A DNA stretch of 64,000 nt from an uncultured Methylophilaceae bacterium (GCA_964620425.1 CAZUGV010000008.1:3628-67627); one strand, 5' to 3'. Counted from the first letter of the stretch, positions 44,318 to 56,400 are shown. Numbers and translations are program-made. Notes: a model not told the origin generated them from the letters alone.

Positions 44318-44851
44318 ATGCTACAGTTTCACAAAGCAGAACTGGCCGATGCAGAGGCCATCGCGCAGTTGGTAAACAGCGCATATCGTGGCGATGCCAG
44401 CCGTGCTGGCTGGACGACCGAAGCAGATTTGCTTGAAGGTAAGCGCACCACAACGCAAGAAGTGGCGAGCGTGATTAAACGTAAAGATGCGTTCATTTTA
44501 ATTGGCGTAGTGAGAGAGCAAATTGTCGCCACTATCTGTTGCGAATGGCAAGAACTGTCAGGCAGTAACACCGCGCATTTCGGCATGATTGCGGTGAAGC
44601 CCACCATGCAAAATAAAGGCTACGGCAAGTCACTCATTCAAGCCGCAGAAGCCATTTGCCAGCGCGAGTGGCGAGTGATTGGCTTTTACATGGAAGTAAT
44701 TTCGCTACGCCACGAGTTAATCGCTTTTTATGAGCGTATGGGTTATGTGCGCACTGGGGAATTTAGAGACTTTCCAGAAAACCCCAGCTTATGGCAACCC
44801 AAGCTTGATGGCTTGAATTTACAGTATCTCGCCAAACTGATTGTTAAATAG
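44318..44851 (+). CDS. GNAT-family N-acetyltransferase
   Basis: 177 aa. Acetyl-CoA motif IAVKPTMQNKGYGKSLI. Confidence 0.8.
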   Translation: MLQFHKAELADAEAIAQLVNSAYRGDASRAGWTTEADLLEGKRTTTQEVASVIKRKDAFILIGVVREQIVATICCEWQELSGSNTAHFGMIAVKPTMQNKGYGKSLIQAAEAICQREWRVIGFYMEVISLRHELIAFYERMGYVRTGEFRDFPENPSLWQPKLDGLNLQYLAKLIVK

Positions 44852-44885
44852 GTTGGGATGCCGACTTTAACTCAGCATGCCAACC
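44851..44885. terminator. hairpin between convergent GNAT gene and leuA
   Basis: ggttgggatgc ... gcatgccaacc, with 10 of 11 positions paired and a 13-nt loop. No clear T tract. Confidence 0.4.
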
Positions 44886-44944
44886 TATGCCTACTTACGA
44901 ACATTTAATTGTCAAAAATGAACGTAATTATAGATTTACTTAAT

Positions 44945-46495
44945 TTAGACTTGCGGATGTGCACGTTCAGACTTGGCGCATATTTTGTTTAGGCCGTTTA
45001 AATAAGCCTTTGCAGAAGCAATCACAATATCGGTATCCGCGCCTTGTCCGTTCACAATCCGATCGCCTTTAGCAAGACGCACCGTTACCTCACCTTGCGC
45101 ATCCGTACCGCTGGTGATGTTATTGACTGAGTATAAAAGCAATTGAACGCCGCTATTCACGATATGTTCTATCGCTTTAAATGCCGCATCGACTGGACCA
45201 CCGCCATCAGATTCTGATTTTTTCTCGGTACCGGCATCGCTGATAGTGATTTGTGCATGCGGTACTTCACCTGTTTGCGAGGTTACTTGTAAGTAGACCA
45301 GCTTATAATTTTCAGCGGCCTCAGAAATAAACTCATCGCTAACCAAAGCATGCAAGTCTTCGTCAAAAATCTCAGATTTTTTATCCGCCAATATTTTAAA
45401 GCGCGCAAATGCTGCGTTTAAAGCTTCTTCACTGTCTAACTCAATGCCTAGTTCTTTCAGGCGGCTTCTAAATGCATTACGGCCAGACAACTTGCCCAAG
45501 GTGAGTTTGTTTGCGCCCCAACCAACGTCTTCCGCTCGCATAATTTCATAAGTTTCGCGATGCTTTAATACGCCGTCTTGGTGAATACCGCTTTCGTGAG
45601 AGAAAGCGTTAGCGCCAACTACCGCTTTATTGGGTTGTACTGGGTAGCCCGTGATTGTAGAAACCAACTTTGATGCAGCTACAATCTGTGTAGTGTCGAT
45701 ACTGGTTTCTAAGTTAAAAATGTCACGGCGTGTTCTTACCGCCATGACAATTTCTTCTAAGCTTGCATTGCCTGCACGCTCACCCAAGCCATTAATTGTG
45801 CACTCTACTTGACGTGCGCCAGCCATCACTGCCGCCAAGGAGTTGGCGACAGCCATACCCAAATCGTTATGACAGTGTGTTGACCAAACCACTTTGTCAG
45901 CATTTTTGACGCGTGCAATCAATTGTTGCATACGCTCGCCCCACAAGGCTGGGATAGAGTAGCCCACAGTATCTGGCACATTGATGGTTTTTGCGCCAGC
46001 TTCAATCACGGCATCAAACACCTGCACTAAAAAATCCATTTCAGAGCGCACGGCGTCTTCTGCCGAAAATTCGACATCCTCTGTATATTCAAGTGCCCAT
46101 TTCACTGCTTGAACTGCACGTTCTAATACCTGCTCTGGTGTCATGCGTAATTTGTTTTGCATGTGAATAGGCGAGGTGGCAATAAACGTATGAATGCGAC
46201 CTTTTTTAGCTGGCTTGATTGCTTCGCCTGCACGTCGTATGTCGTTCTCATTGGCGCGCGCTAAAGAGCATACGGTAGATTCTTTAATGACTTCTGCAAC
46301 TGCGTGAATTGCGTCAAAGTCGCCAGGGCTGGCAGCCGCAAAGCCTGCCTCAATTACGTTGACGCCCAACTTTTCTAATTGGCGCGCAATACGGATTTTT
46401 TCTTCTTTGGTCATGGCCGCACCTGGGCTTTGTTCGCCATCGCGCAAAGTAGTATCAAAAATAATTAATTGATTGTTTTGAGTATTTTTCATCAT
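44945..46495 (-). CDS. leuA: 2-isopropylmalate synthase
   Basis: 516 aa. [26 protein letters not shown] and the C-terminal LeuA regulatory domain. Confidence 0.95.
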   Translation of the reverse strand: MMKNTQNNQLIIFDTTLRDGEQSPGAAMTKEEKIRIARQLEKLGVNVIEAGFAAASPGDFDAIHAVAEVIKESTVCSLARANENDIRRAGEAIKPAKKGRIHTFIATSPIHMQNKLRMTPEQVLERAVQAVKWALEYTEDVEFSAEDAVRSEMDFLVQVFDAVIEAGAKTINVPDTVGYSIPALWGERMQQLIARVKNADKVVWSTHCHNDLGMAVANSLAAVMAGARQVECTINGLGERAGNASLEEIVMAVRTRRDIFNLETSIDTTQIVAASKLVSTITGYPVQPNKAVVGANAFSHESGIHQDGVLKHRETYEIMRAEDVGWGANKLTLGKLSGRNAFRSRLKELGIELDSEEALNAAFARFKILADKKSEIFDEDLHALVSDEFISEAAENYKLVYLQVTSQTGEVPHAQITISDAGTEKKSESDGGGPVDAAFKAIEHIVNSGVQLLLYSVNNITSGTDAQGEVTVRLAKGDRIVNGQGADTDIVIASAKAYLNGLNKICAKSERAHPQV

Positions 46496-46784
46496 GTTCT
46501 TTCAACGAGCCAATATCAAATTCAAGTTTTGATATTTTATAGATTATATCCATCATTCAATGATGATGGCGTGCAAAATAAGTACGATATTACAACAAGT
46601 TAGGTAATTAGCGCGCCATGCGCAGTGGAATAATGCGCAGAAATGCTAGGCACAGAAAACAAAGGCGTGATAACGCATTATCAAAGCGTAATGCCAACAG
46701 TGCTTGAAGTGGAAGTGATTTGGATTGAAAAATCATGCTTCAAATATAATCATTTTTGAAAGTTTTTGCAATATGAACAATGCG

Positions 46785-47576
46785 TTAGATGGCGGTTTTT
46801 TTCTTGTCTAATTTGCGCATTATCCACAAAATATAACCAGAAATGCCATAGATAAAGGCCACCATGAATAAAACTTCAGCAGGGCTGTATGAAATTAATA
46901 CAAAGCCGAGCACGATAAGCAATATCACTACAAAGGGCACACTGCTCTTCAGATTGATGTCTTTGCCACTATAAAACTTAAGATCGCTGACCATGGTAAG
47001 CCCTGCAAATAAAGTCACTGACCATGCTATCCATTTGATTTTAAGCCAGCTAAAAAACACGGTATCGCCAGCAATGCCGTTATCATTTGAAACCCATATT
47101 AACCCTGCCAATAACGCAGCAGCAGCAGGGCTAGGCAATCCCTGAAAATAACGTTTGTCACTTTCATCCAATTTGGTATTGAAACGGGCGAGGCGTAATG
47201 CAGCACAAGCGCAGTAAATAAATGCGGCAATCCAACCAAGTTTGTGCATGGGTTTTAGCGCCCATACATACATTACCAATGCTGGCGCAACGCCAAAAGA
47301 AACCATGTCAGAGAGGCTATCATACTCAGCACCAAAAGCACTTTGTGTGTTGGTCATGCGGGCAACGCGACCATCTAAACCATCCAACACCATGGCAATA
47401 AATATGGCAATGGCAGATTGCTCATAATTGCCACTCATGGCTTGTACGATAGCGTAGAAGCCACCAAATAGGGCTGCAGTGGTAAATAAGTTGGGGAGTA
47501 AATAAATACTGCGTTCGCGCAAGTTTGGCTTTAAAAGGTCTTGTCTTCTTCGGTTACGTGGCACTGGTTCAGCCAT
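46785..47576 (-). CDS. pssA: CDP-diacylglycerol--serine O-phosphatidyltransferase
   Basis: Start ATG 47576 (MAEPVPRNRR...IYLLPNLFTTAALFGGFYAIV). CDP-alcohol phosphatidyltransferase motif DGLDGRVARMTNTQSAFGAEYDSLSD. The track's longer N-terminus is unlikely to be real. Confidence 0.9.
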   Translation of the reverse strand: MAEPVPRNRRRQDLLKPNLRERSIYLLPNLFTTAALFGGFYAIVQAMSGNYEQSAIAIFIAMVLDGLDGRVARMTNTQSAFGAEYDSLSDMVSFGVAPALVMYVWALKPMHKLGWIAAFIYCACAALRLARFNTKLDESDKRYFQGLPSPAAAALLAGLIWVSNDNGIAGDTVFFSWLKIKWIAWSVTLFAGLTMVSDLKFYSGKDINLKSSVPFVVILLIVLGFVLISYSPAEVLFMVAFIYGISGYILWIMRKLDKKKTAI

Positions 47577-47818
47577 ATTTAATTTAATCCTTGTGTGCTT
47601 CCGAAATATGAGTATGCAAGTATAGCAAAGCTTTGGTGACAAAGTTGGGGTTAAACATTTCAAATATCAATTCTAAGAAATTGTAAATATTTTTGATCTC
47701 AGTCAAAATCTATAGGAATGAAATGTGCTTGATTAAAAGTGTGACTTAAGGAATTGTTGCGAAAATATTAAATGCATATTTCCTTACAAATGACATCGAG
47801 TTTAATAAGGGGAATAGT

Positions 47819-50431
47819 TTGAAATTAGAAAAAAGCCGTCTAGAAGCCTATATGAGTAGGCTGAATCAACATCGCAATTCAATATTTCAATTACAATCTG
47901 TATGGGATAATCTTTCATTGCTTGCACAGTTGTCGGGTACGGGCACCGATATGACGCAAACTAGAGCTGCATTCGGTGCGGTGACTAATGATGTGATTGA
48001 TGATCTGTCACAAGAAATGTTAAAAAAAGCCATCAATCGATTGGCATCTAAAGCCTATGTCACTATCAATATCGTGATTCGTAATTTGTTTGAAAGAACT
48101 GCAGATATAGGTTTTTTAGCAACGGATGATGATATACGCGATTTTTTGACCAAGCATTTGAATGGGATATCCACTCCGTCAGACAAAATCAAGCTATTAG
48201 AGCGATTTGATGAGTATGTCAAAAAATATTCGGTGTATTCCAATATTATTTTATTGGATACGAAAAGCAACGTAATTGCACAATTGGACAAAAGTAATAC
48301 TGTCACTAAGTCAGAGGATATTTTGATACAAGAGTCCATTAGAACTGAGCAAGCCTATGTGGAAACTTATCGTCATTCTGACCTGCTTCCCGATGAGGCG
48401 AAATCATTGATTTACTCATATCGAGTAACCAGTGCGGGTGGCGGTGAAATATTGGGTGTGCTCTGTTTGTGCTTCCGGTTTGAAGATGAAATGGAGGGGG
48501 TGTTTCAAGACATTACCACAAAAGATGATTGGGCTGTAGGGGTTATGCTTGACCACGAACATTCTGTAATTGCAACCAGTGATAAGTATCAAATCCCATT
48601 GGGGGCTAAGTTAGAGGTTACGGAAGAAAAGCAGGATTGGATTTTGACAAAATTCGCAGGGCGTGAGTATATTGCCGTTACACGCAAGACTTCTGGTTAT
48701 CAAGGCTATATTGGGCCAGGTTGGCTTGGTCATTCGATGATTCCTTTAGAGCATATGTTTGAAAATGATTTAATGGATACTATTGGCGGTATTGATAGCA
48801 AGTTGCTAACAAAAGTGATGAGAAGCCCATCACTATTCACTCAAAAGCTATTGGATATCCCTAAGCAAGCAGCCAGCATTCAAAGTAAGTTGAATCAATC
48901 AGTATGGAACGGCAATATTTGGCAAACCAAGCAATCTGACGCACGTCAAAATAGTTTTTCTAAAGCATTGTTATGGGAAATTAGTAATACAGGCTTTAAA
49001 ACTCAAAATGTAATTGAAACAACTGTGACAGAACTTTACCAAACAGTGGTCTCTGTTATGCTGGAAAATTCAAGTTTTTTTGCTTTTCTCGCGGTTGATA
49101 TTATGGATAGAAACCTATACGAGCGAGCCAACGATTGCCGCTGGTGGGCTCTGACGACCTCATTTAGAAAGATTTTGTCAAAGCCCGCTAATGCTTCGGA
49201 AAAATTGGGTTACAGTAAAGTCGATCTGTCTGAAATTGAGAAAATATTAAAATATATCAATCAGTTGTATACTGTATATGATAATTTGGTTATTTTTGAT
49301 CGCTATGGCAAAGTGCTTGCTTGCTCAAACTCCAATTACAATGAATGTGTAGGCTCTATTATTGAAAGCGAATGGGTGAGTAGGGTAAAGGGCTTAAGAA
49401 CATCGCAGGAATACGTGGTTTCAAGATTTGAGCCATCACCACTTTATAAGGATAAGCACACCTATATTTATTCTGCGCCTATTCGCTCACCCGATAACTT
49501 ATCAATTGTAGGTGGTATCGGTATTGTGTTCGATAGTGAGCCCCAGTTTAAGGCAATTTTGAAAGATATTGTACCTAGAGATGACAATGGTAAGTTGATT
49601 GAAGGCAGTTTTACTCTATTTGTTGATGGTAATTTAAACGTTGTTTCTTCATCATCTAAAGAGTTTGCTGTAGGTAGTGAATTTAAAATTCATCCTGCGC
49701 TATGTAAAATGGATCCAGGTAACTCGGCGTTTGATATAGCTGTTTATCAGGGGAACTATTATGCGATTGGTGCGCGAGCATCTTCTGGTTATCGCGAATA
49801 CAAGGGTGTTGGAGATGACTATAAAAATCAAATGACGGCGATGATTTTTATCCCATTGGGGAATGCAGAAACAATTGATGACCTGATTCAGGCAGATTTA
49901 GCGATTCAGCACAATGAGTTTAAGCCAACCTCAACCAGCGTGGTCGGCACTAACACTAAAGAGTATGCGACTTTTTATGTTAATGGTCAGTGGTTAGGGA
50001 TCCCAACAAACAACGTGGTAGAGGCGCTGCAAGATGTCCATGTGCGTTCTATTCCAGATACGATTAGCAGTGTTGAAGGGGTATTCCAATACCAAGGTAA
50101 GGTAATTCCTGCGGTTAACTTGGCGAAAATGATGGGGATGAAAAATTCGAAGATCTCAGAAAATATGCAAATGATTGTGATACAAGCTAATGATAATTCA
50201 TCTGAAACGGCAATTTTAGTGAATGCGTTAGGTGAGATTCCGCCTATTGACGAGGCAAAGATAGAACCTATTACCAATATTTTTAATAACACCAAAAATA
50301 ATGTGGTTGTTGGGGTCACGCCCGTGGCGACACATGATGGTGACTCGAAAATGCTGACAGTGCTCTCGGCAGAAAATCTTTTAGTTAGAAGTAATGCTCA
50401 GTTCGGAAGAGAGGAGCTTTTTCAGACCTAA
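47819..50431 (+). CDS. soluble multi-sensor protein: two tandem double-Cache-like modules fused to a C-terminal CheW domain
   Basis: 870 aa with a TTG start and an AAGGGGA SD. The internal duplication is visible by eye (RNLFERTADIGFLATD at aa 88 against RNLYERANDCRWWALT at aa 431, with following blocks also matching). The CheW-like domain runs from about aa 715 (EYATFYVNGQWLGIPTNNVVEAL...VFQYQGKVIPAVNLAKMMG). No hydrophobic stretch is long enough for a TM helix. Confidence 0.75.
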   Translation: MKLEKSRLEAYMSRLNQHRNSIFQLQSVWDNLSLLAQLSGTGTDMTQTRAAFGAVTNDVIDDLSQEMLKKAINRLASKAYVTINIVIRNLFERTADIGFLATDDDIRDFLTKHLNGISTPSDKIKLLERFDEYVKKYSVYSNIILLDTKSNVIAQLDKSNTVTKSEDILIQESIRTEQAYVETYRHSDLLPDEAKSLIYSYRVTSAGGGEILGVLCLCFRFEDEMEGVFQDITTKDDWAVGVMLDHEHSVIATSDKYQIPLGAKLEVTEEKQDWILTKFAGREYIAVTRKTSGYQGYIGPGWLGHSMIPLEHMFENDLMDTIGGIDSKLLTKVMRSPSLFTQKLLDIPKQAASIQSKLNQSVWNGNIWQTKQSDARQNSFSKALLWEISNTGFKTQNVIETTVTELYQTVVSVMLENSSFFAFLAVDIMDRNLYERANDCRWWALTTSFRKILSKPANASEKLGYSKVDLSEIEKILKYINQLYTVYDNLVIFDRYGKVLACSNSNYNECVGSIIESEWVSRVKGLRTSQEYVVSRFEPSPLYKDKHTYIYSAPIRSPDNLSIVGGIGIVFDSEPQFKAILKDIVPRDDNGKLIEGSFTLFVDGNLNVVSSSSKEFAVGSEFKIHPALCKMDPGNSAFDIAVYQGNYYAIGARASSGYREYKGVGDDYKNQMTAMIFIPLGNAETIDDLIQADLAIQHNEFKPTSTSVVGTNTKEYATFYVNGQWLGIPTNNVVEALQDVHVRSIPDTISSVEGVFQYQGKVIPAVNLAKMMGMKNSKISENMQMIVIQANDNSSETAILVNALGEIPPIDEAKIEPITNIFNNTKNNVVVGVTPVATHDGDSKMLTVLSAENLLVRSNAQFGREELFQT

Positions 50432-50461
50432 TGCTACTTCTGTAAACCAGAGTTCGAATGA

Positions 50462-51622
<1,161 letters not shown>

Positions 51623-51759
51623 AGTGCTTAAATGTCAGATGGTGTGTTAAAATCCAGCACTTTATTGAAGTAGCACAAATTTTCTGTGGCGTTATATTTT
51701 GTGTGTCGTTCAAATTTCAAAAAATGCAGTTTTAAAAAGATAAATAGAAAGATTAAATT

Positions 51760-52077
51760 ATGTTGATTAGTTCTGCATATGCAGCCTCTGGTACTCCAGC
51801 GCAAGACTGGATGAGCCTTGCGCCTATGGTGATTATTTTTGTATTGTTTTACTTTATGCTAATCCGCCCACAAATGAAGCAAGCTAAAGAAACCAAAGCG
51901 ATGATTGATGCCTTACAAAAAGGCGATGAAGTGGTGACCACAGGTGGTGTTGTTGGCAGGATTACAAAAGTAAGCAACGATTTTGTGGTGCTTGAAATTA
52001 CGGACAATGTAACCATCAATGTACAGAAACAAGCCGTACAAACCTTGCTGCCAAAAGGTACGATTAAGGCAATTTAG
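51760..52077 (+). CDS. yajC: preprotein translocase subunit YajC
   Basis: 105 aa with a single TM. IRPQMKQAKE...LQKGDEVVTTGGVVGRI is typical. tgt-yajC-secD-secF order. Confidence 0.9.
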   Translation: MLISSAYAASGTPAQDWMSLAPMVIIFVLFYFMLIRPQMKQAKETKAMIDALQKGDEVVTTGGVVGRITKVSNDFVVLEITDNVTINVQKQAVQTLLPKGTIKAI

Positions 52078-52140
52078 TATTTAAATTATCAATACACCCC
52101 ACGGACTAAGTGGGGTTTAACATAAAACACGAGCCGCGTT

Positions 52141-53970
52141 ATGAACCGTTATCCGATGTGGAAGTATCTTTTAGTACTTGCTGTGATTATTTTAGGCTTT
52201 GTCTACTCACTACCGAATATGTTTGGTGAGTCGCCAGCTGTGCAAATTACTGCTGCAAAAAACAGCAATGTATTACAGCCTGGACTACTTGGACAGGTGG
52301 AAGCGGCACTGAAAGATGAAAAAATTCAATATGATCGCGTGTTTGTTGATAAAAACAGCATCAAAGCCACCTTTGCCAATGTGGATGTGCAAGGTCGAGC
52401 AAAAGATGTTTTGTTAAAAAAACTAGGTAAAGATTATGTTGTCGCTTTGAATCTGCTTTCTCGCTCACCAGCTTGGTTGTCTAGCATTGGTGCGATGCCC
52501 ATGTACCTAGGTCTGGATTTGCGTGGTGGTGTTCACTTCTTGTTGCAGGTCGATATGAAAGCCGCGTTAGACAAAGCCGCAGATCGATTTGTGGGGGATT
52601 TTCGCACGGTATTGCGTAAAGAGCGTGTTGAGTATTTGGGCGTTGCGAGAGAAGGCCAAACTGTGCAATTACGTTTTAGTAATCAAGCTGAAATGTCAAA
52701 AGCCTTCAAAATTATCGCTAAAGATTACCCAGATTTAATACTGAAAGAAACTGATAACGGCACTGATAAGTTATTGATAGTTAGCCTTAGTCCAGCCTCA
52801 CAAAAACAAACTCAAGAGTTTGCATTAAAGCAAAACATTCAAACTCTGCACAATCGAATTAATGAGCTGGGGGTTGCCGAGCCTATTATTCAGCAACAAG
52901 GCGCAGATCGCATTGTGGTGCAGTTGCCTGGAGTGCAAGATACCGCTAAAGCGAAAGAGATTTTGGGTCGAACCGCGACGCTTGAAATCCGCATGGTGGA
53001 TGAAGAGAAGAGTGATCCAGCCACGCTAGAAAAAGCCAGTCAAGGTCAAGTGCCATTCGGTGATGAGTTCTTTGTAGATCGCTCGCAACAGCCAATTTTG
53101 GTCAAAAAAGGGGTTGTCCTAACTGGAGACTATATTACCGATGCAGGCCCAGGAATGGATCAGCAAGCTGGTCGTGCTGTCGTGCATGTCACCTTGGATG
53201 GTCGTGGTGCTCGCATTTTCAAACAAGTGACCAAAGAAAATGTTGGCAAGCGTATGGCAATTTTATTGGTTGAAAAAGGGCAAGCGGAAGTCATTACCGC
53301 ACCAGTGATTAACGAAGAAATTGGCGGTGGTCGCGTACAAATTTCTGGCATGGCTAATACGCAAGAGGCTACAGACATTTCATTGCTATTGCGCGCAGGG
53401 GCTTTGGCAGCGCCTATGGAAATCGTTGAAGAGCGTACAGTTGGGCCTAGCATGGGTGAAGAGAATATCAAACGGGGCATGCATTCCACACTTTGGGGGT
53501 TTGCGGCGATTGCCGTGTTTATGGTCATCTACTACCTAGTATTTGGTGGAATATCAGTGGTTGCATTGGGCATTAACTTATTATTGTTACTCGCTTTGCT
53601 GTCAATGTTGCAAGCGACGCTAACATTACCAGGGTTAGCCGCGATCGCACTGACCTTGGGGATGGCGATTGACGCGAACGTCCTCGTGAATGAGCGTGTT
53701 CGTGAAGAGTTGCGCAATGGCAACACACCGCAAGCCGCTATTCATGCTGGCTATGATCGGGCTTTTGATACAATTTTAGACTCCAACGTGACGACATTTA
53801 TTGTTGGTATGATGTTATTCAGTTTTGGTTCAGGGCCGATTAAAGGATTTGCTGTGGTGCATATGTTGGGGATTTTGACATCAATGTTCAGTGCGGTTGT
53901 CGTCTCCCGTGTGTTAGTCAATTTAATGTACGGTTATCGTCGTAAAATCAGTAAGTTAGCAATTGGCTAA
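52141..53970 (+). CDS. secD: protein translocase subunit SecD
   Basis: 609 aa with a large periplasmic domain and a C-terminal 6-TM bundle (GLDLRGGVHFLLQVD..., AIDANVLVNERVREE). Confidence 0.95.
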   Translation: MNRYPMWKYLLVLAVIILGFVYSLPNMFGESPAVQITAAKNSNVLQPGLLGQVEAALKDEKIQYDRVFVDKNSIKATFANVDVQGRAKDVLLKKLGKDYVVALNLLSRSPAWLSSIGAMPMYLGLDLRGGVHFLLQVDMKAALDKAADRFVGDFRTVLRKERVEYLGVAREGQTVQLRFSNQAEMSKAFKIIAKDYPDLILKETDNGTDKLLIVSLSPASQKQTQEFALKQNIQTLHNRINELGVAEPIIQQQGADRIVVQLPGVQDTAKAKEILGRTATLEIRMVDEEKSDPATLEKASQGQVPFGDEFFVDRSQQPILVKKGVVLTGDYITDAGPGMDQQAGRAVVHVTLDGRGARIFKQVTKENVGKRMAILLVEKGQAEVITAPVINEEIGGGRVQISGMANTQEATDISLLLRAGALAAPMEIVEERTVGPSMGEENIKRGMHSTLWGFAAIAVFMVIYYLVFGGISVVALGINLLLLLALLSMLQATLTLPGLAAIALTLGMAIDANVLVNERVREELRNGNTPQAAIHAGYDRAFDTILDSNVTTFIVGMMLFSFGSGPIKGFAVVHMLGILTSMFSAVVVSRVLVNLMYGYRRKISKLAIG

Positions 53971-54025
53971 ACAGTTAAAAAAACAAATGTGTCATTTGAT
54001 AGATTGAATATTAAGAGTAGATTCC

Positions 54026-54964
54026 ATGGAAATTTTTAAAATAAAGCGTGATATTCCGTTTATGAGTTATGGTCGAGTTACCACGGCTATCTCATTAATT
54101 ACCTTTCTATTGGCGGTGTTTTTTCTTGTGCAAAAAGGGCTTAACCTAGGGGTAGATTTCACAGGCGGCACTTTGATGGAAGTCAGCTACCCGAAAGCGG
54201 CAGATGTACAGAAAATTCGTGAAGCCGTAGATAGTATCGGTTTGAAAGATGCGACCGTACAAAATTTCGGCACCAGTCATGATGTGCTGATCCGTCTCCC
54301 ATTAAAATCAAACCTCTCAATATCGCAACTATCTGAGCAGGTCTTGGCCACGCTTCAAAAGGCAGACCCAACTGTTAAAATGAGCCGTGTTGAATCTGTC
54401 GGTGCGCAAGTTGGGCAAGAGTTATATGAAAGTGGTGCGCTAGCGTTGCTGCTGGTCTCGTTTGGTATTGTTGCGTATCTAGCTTTGCGGTTTGAGTGGC
54501 GTTTTGCGGTGGCGGCTATCCTCGCCAATATGCATGACGTTGTGATTATTCTTGGTTTTTTTGCGTTTTTTCAATGGGAGTTTAACCTAACTGTACTCGC
54601 GGCGATTTTGGCTGTACTTGGATACTCAGTCAATGAGTCAGTCGTGGTGTTTGATCGCGTCCGTGAGAACTTCCGCAAAATGCGCAAAGCTACAGTAACG
54701 CATGTGATTGATAACGCGATCACACGTACTATGTCACGTACCGTGATTACTCACTTTTGTACACAGCTGATGGTGCTTTCGATGTTTTTGTTCGGTGGTG
54801 AAGTGTTGCATAACTTCTCATTAGCACTGACCATCGGTATTGTATTTGGTATTTACTCCTCAGTATTAGTTGCTTGTCCAATCGCGATGTACTTGGGTGT
54901 TTCGCGCGCCAATCTCATGAGTGGCGTAGAGAAAAAGCCCGAAGACATTGACGGAAAGCCTTAA
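54026..54964 (+). CDS. secF: protein translocase subunit SecF
   Basis: 312 aa. GVDFTGGTLMEV and SVNESVVVFDRVREN. Confidence 0.95.
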   Translation: MEIFKIKRDIPFMSYGRVTTAISLITFLLAVFFLVQKGLNLGVDFTGGTLMEVSYPKAADVQKIREAVDSIGLKDATVQNFGTSHDVLIRLPLKSNLSISQLSEQVLATLQKADPTVKMSRVESVGAQVGQELYESGALALLLVSFGIVAYLALRFEWRFAVAAILANMHDVVIILGFFAFFQWEFNLTVLAAILAVLGYSVNESVVVFDRVRENFRKMRKATVTHVIDNAITRTMSRTVITHFCTQLMVLSMFLFGGEVLHNFSLALTIGIVFGIYSSVLVACPIAMYLGVSRANLMSGVEKKPEDIDGKP

Positions 54965-55009
54965 TTGGATCTGTTTGTAAAACCATAGACGTTAAAACTT
55001 GACAACACC

Positions 55010-55041
55010 ATGAGATAACGCAGAAACTAACGTTATCTCAT
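55010..55041 (+). terminator. hairpin after secF (11-bp stem)
   Basis: atgagataacg-cagaaacta-cgttatctcat. Only a weak T tract follows. Confidence 0.5.
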
Positions 55042-55057
55042 TCACTATCGAAATTAA

Positions 55058-56317
55058 TTGGATTCCATTCCCATACCCCTGCAGTTTGGTATTTTAATCA
55101 TACTGCTTCTGATTTCCGCATTTTTCTCCATTGCTGAAACTAGCTTAATGTCGCTCAACCGATATCGGATGCGCCATTTAGCGAATGAAGGTCATCGTGG
55201 CGCAAAATTAGCGCGCAAGCTCCTATCCCAAACGGATAAGTTGTTGGGCGTTATTTTATTAGGTAATACGCTCTGTATTGCTGCCTCATCCACAATTGTT
55301 ACTTTGCTTACTGTGCAGTTATTTGGTGAGGGTGAGTTAATATTAATGCTGGGTACATTGGTTATTACTTTTGCTATTTTAGTCTTTAGCGAAATCTCAC
55401 CTAAGGTCATTGCTGCAGCCTACCCTGAAAAAATTGGTTTTGCCTGCAGTTATTTGCTTTATCCTTTGTTGTGGCTGTTTAACCCTGTGGTCACTTTTGT
55501 CAATTTATTCGTGAGTGCATTCGTTCGTTTACTGGGGATTAGACTCAATTTTAGCGAAAGTCTGCATGCTGTAACTACAGAAGAACTTAAAAGTATCGTC
55601 ACAGAAGCGGGCAATTATATCCCCCAAAAAAATCGTACTATTCTGCTCAATCTGTTTGACTTGGAAAGTGCTACCGTTGATGACGTAATGACAGCACATA
55701 CGCAAATTGAAGCGGTTGATTTAGACCAGCCGCTTGAAGATATTTTGCAAAAGTTAAGTACCAGTAACCACACGCGCTTGCCAGTTCGGAGAAGTAGTGG
55801 TGAGGAAATTGTAGGCATCCTTCATCTAAGAAAAATCATGACACGTTTACGGGATGGCGATCTTTCGGTTGAAGATATTGAAGAGGTAATGAAAGAGCCC
55901 TATTTTATTCCGGCTAGTACACCGCTCTATACCCAAATGCAGCAATTTCAAGAGCATCACCGCCGCATTGCTTTAGTGGTGGATGAATATGGCGAACTAA
56001 AAGGTTTGATTACTATCGAAGATATACTGGAAGAAATTATTGGTGACTTTACCACGCAATCTCCACTAAAACATGGTAGTTATCGTCAGGAAGAAGATGG
56101 TAGCTGGATTGTAGACGGAAGTGCTAGTTTGCGGGATCTCAATAAAAAGCTTGGCTTTGATTTCCCCTTAGATGGCCCCAAGACAATGAATGGATTAGTG
56201 TTGGAGCATTTTGAAGATATTCCTGAACCGAATACCAGTTTTAAAATAGGGGTTCATGCCCTTGAGATATTACAAACGCAAGATCGAGTAGTTAAAAGTG
56301 TGCGAATTTACGCGTAA
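55058..56317 (+). CDS. HlyC/CorC-family transporter (DUF21-CBS pair-CorC_HlyC)
   Basis: 419 aa with a TTG start. N-terminal 4-TM DUF21 (SAFFSIAETSLMSLNRYRMRHLA), a CBS pair and a C-terminal transporter-associated domain. Confidence 0.85.
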   Translation: MDSIPIPLQFGILIILLLISAFFSIAETSLMSLNRYRMRHLANEGHRGAKLARKLLSQTDKLLGVILLGNTLCIAASSTIVTLLTVQLFGEGELILMLGTLVITFAILVFSEISPKVIAAAYPEKIGFACSYLLYPLLWLFNPVVTFVNLFVSAFVRLLGIRLNFSESLHAVTTEELKSIVTEAGNYIPQKNRTILLNLFDLESATVDDVMTAHTQIEAVDLDQPLEDILQKLSTSNHTRLPVRRSSGEEIVGILHLRKIMTRLRDGDLSVEDIEEVMKEPYFIPASTPLYTQMQQFQEHHRRIALVVDEYGELKGLITIEDILEEIIGDFTTQSPLKHGSYRQEEDGSWIVDGSASLRDLNKKLGFDFPLDGPKTMNGLVLEHFEDIPEPNTSFKIGVHALEILQTQDRVVKSVRIYA

Positions 56318-56400
56318 AACAAACTTTTAGAAAAAACATCAATAACTAGGCTTAATTAGGGCTTGAAATTTTTACAATTAGGCTCACAATAGATACAAAT

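Noticed and set aside
46608-46736. A 42-codon Leu-rich mini-ORF (MIFQSKSLPLQALLALRFDNALSRLCFLCLAFLRIIPLRMAR) in the 289-nt leuA leader, considered as a leucine attenuator peptide.
   Set aside because: The 11 Leu codons are scattered rather than in a consecutive run. There is no obvious SD, and I could not fold a convincing terminator/antiterminator pair followed by a T tract. Local hairpins (46511-46536, 46551-46570) exist but do not establish attenuation.
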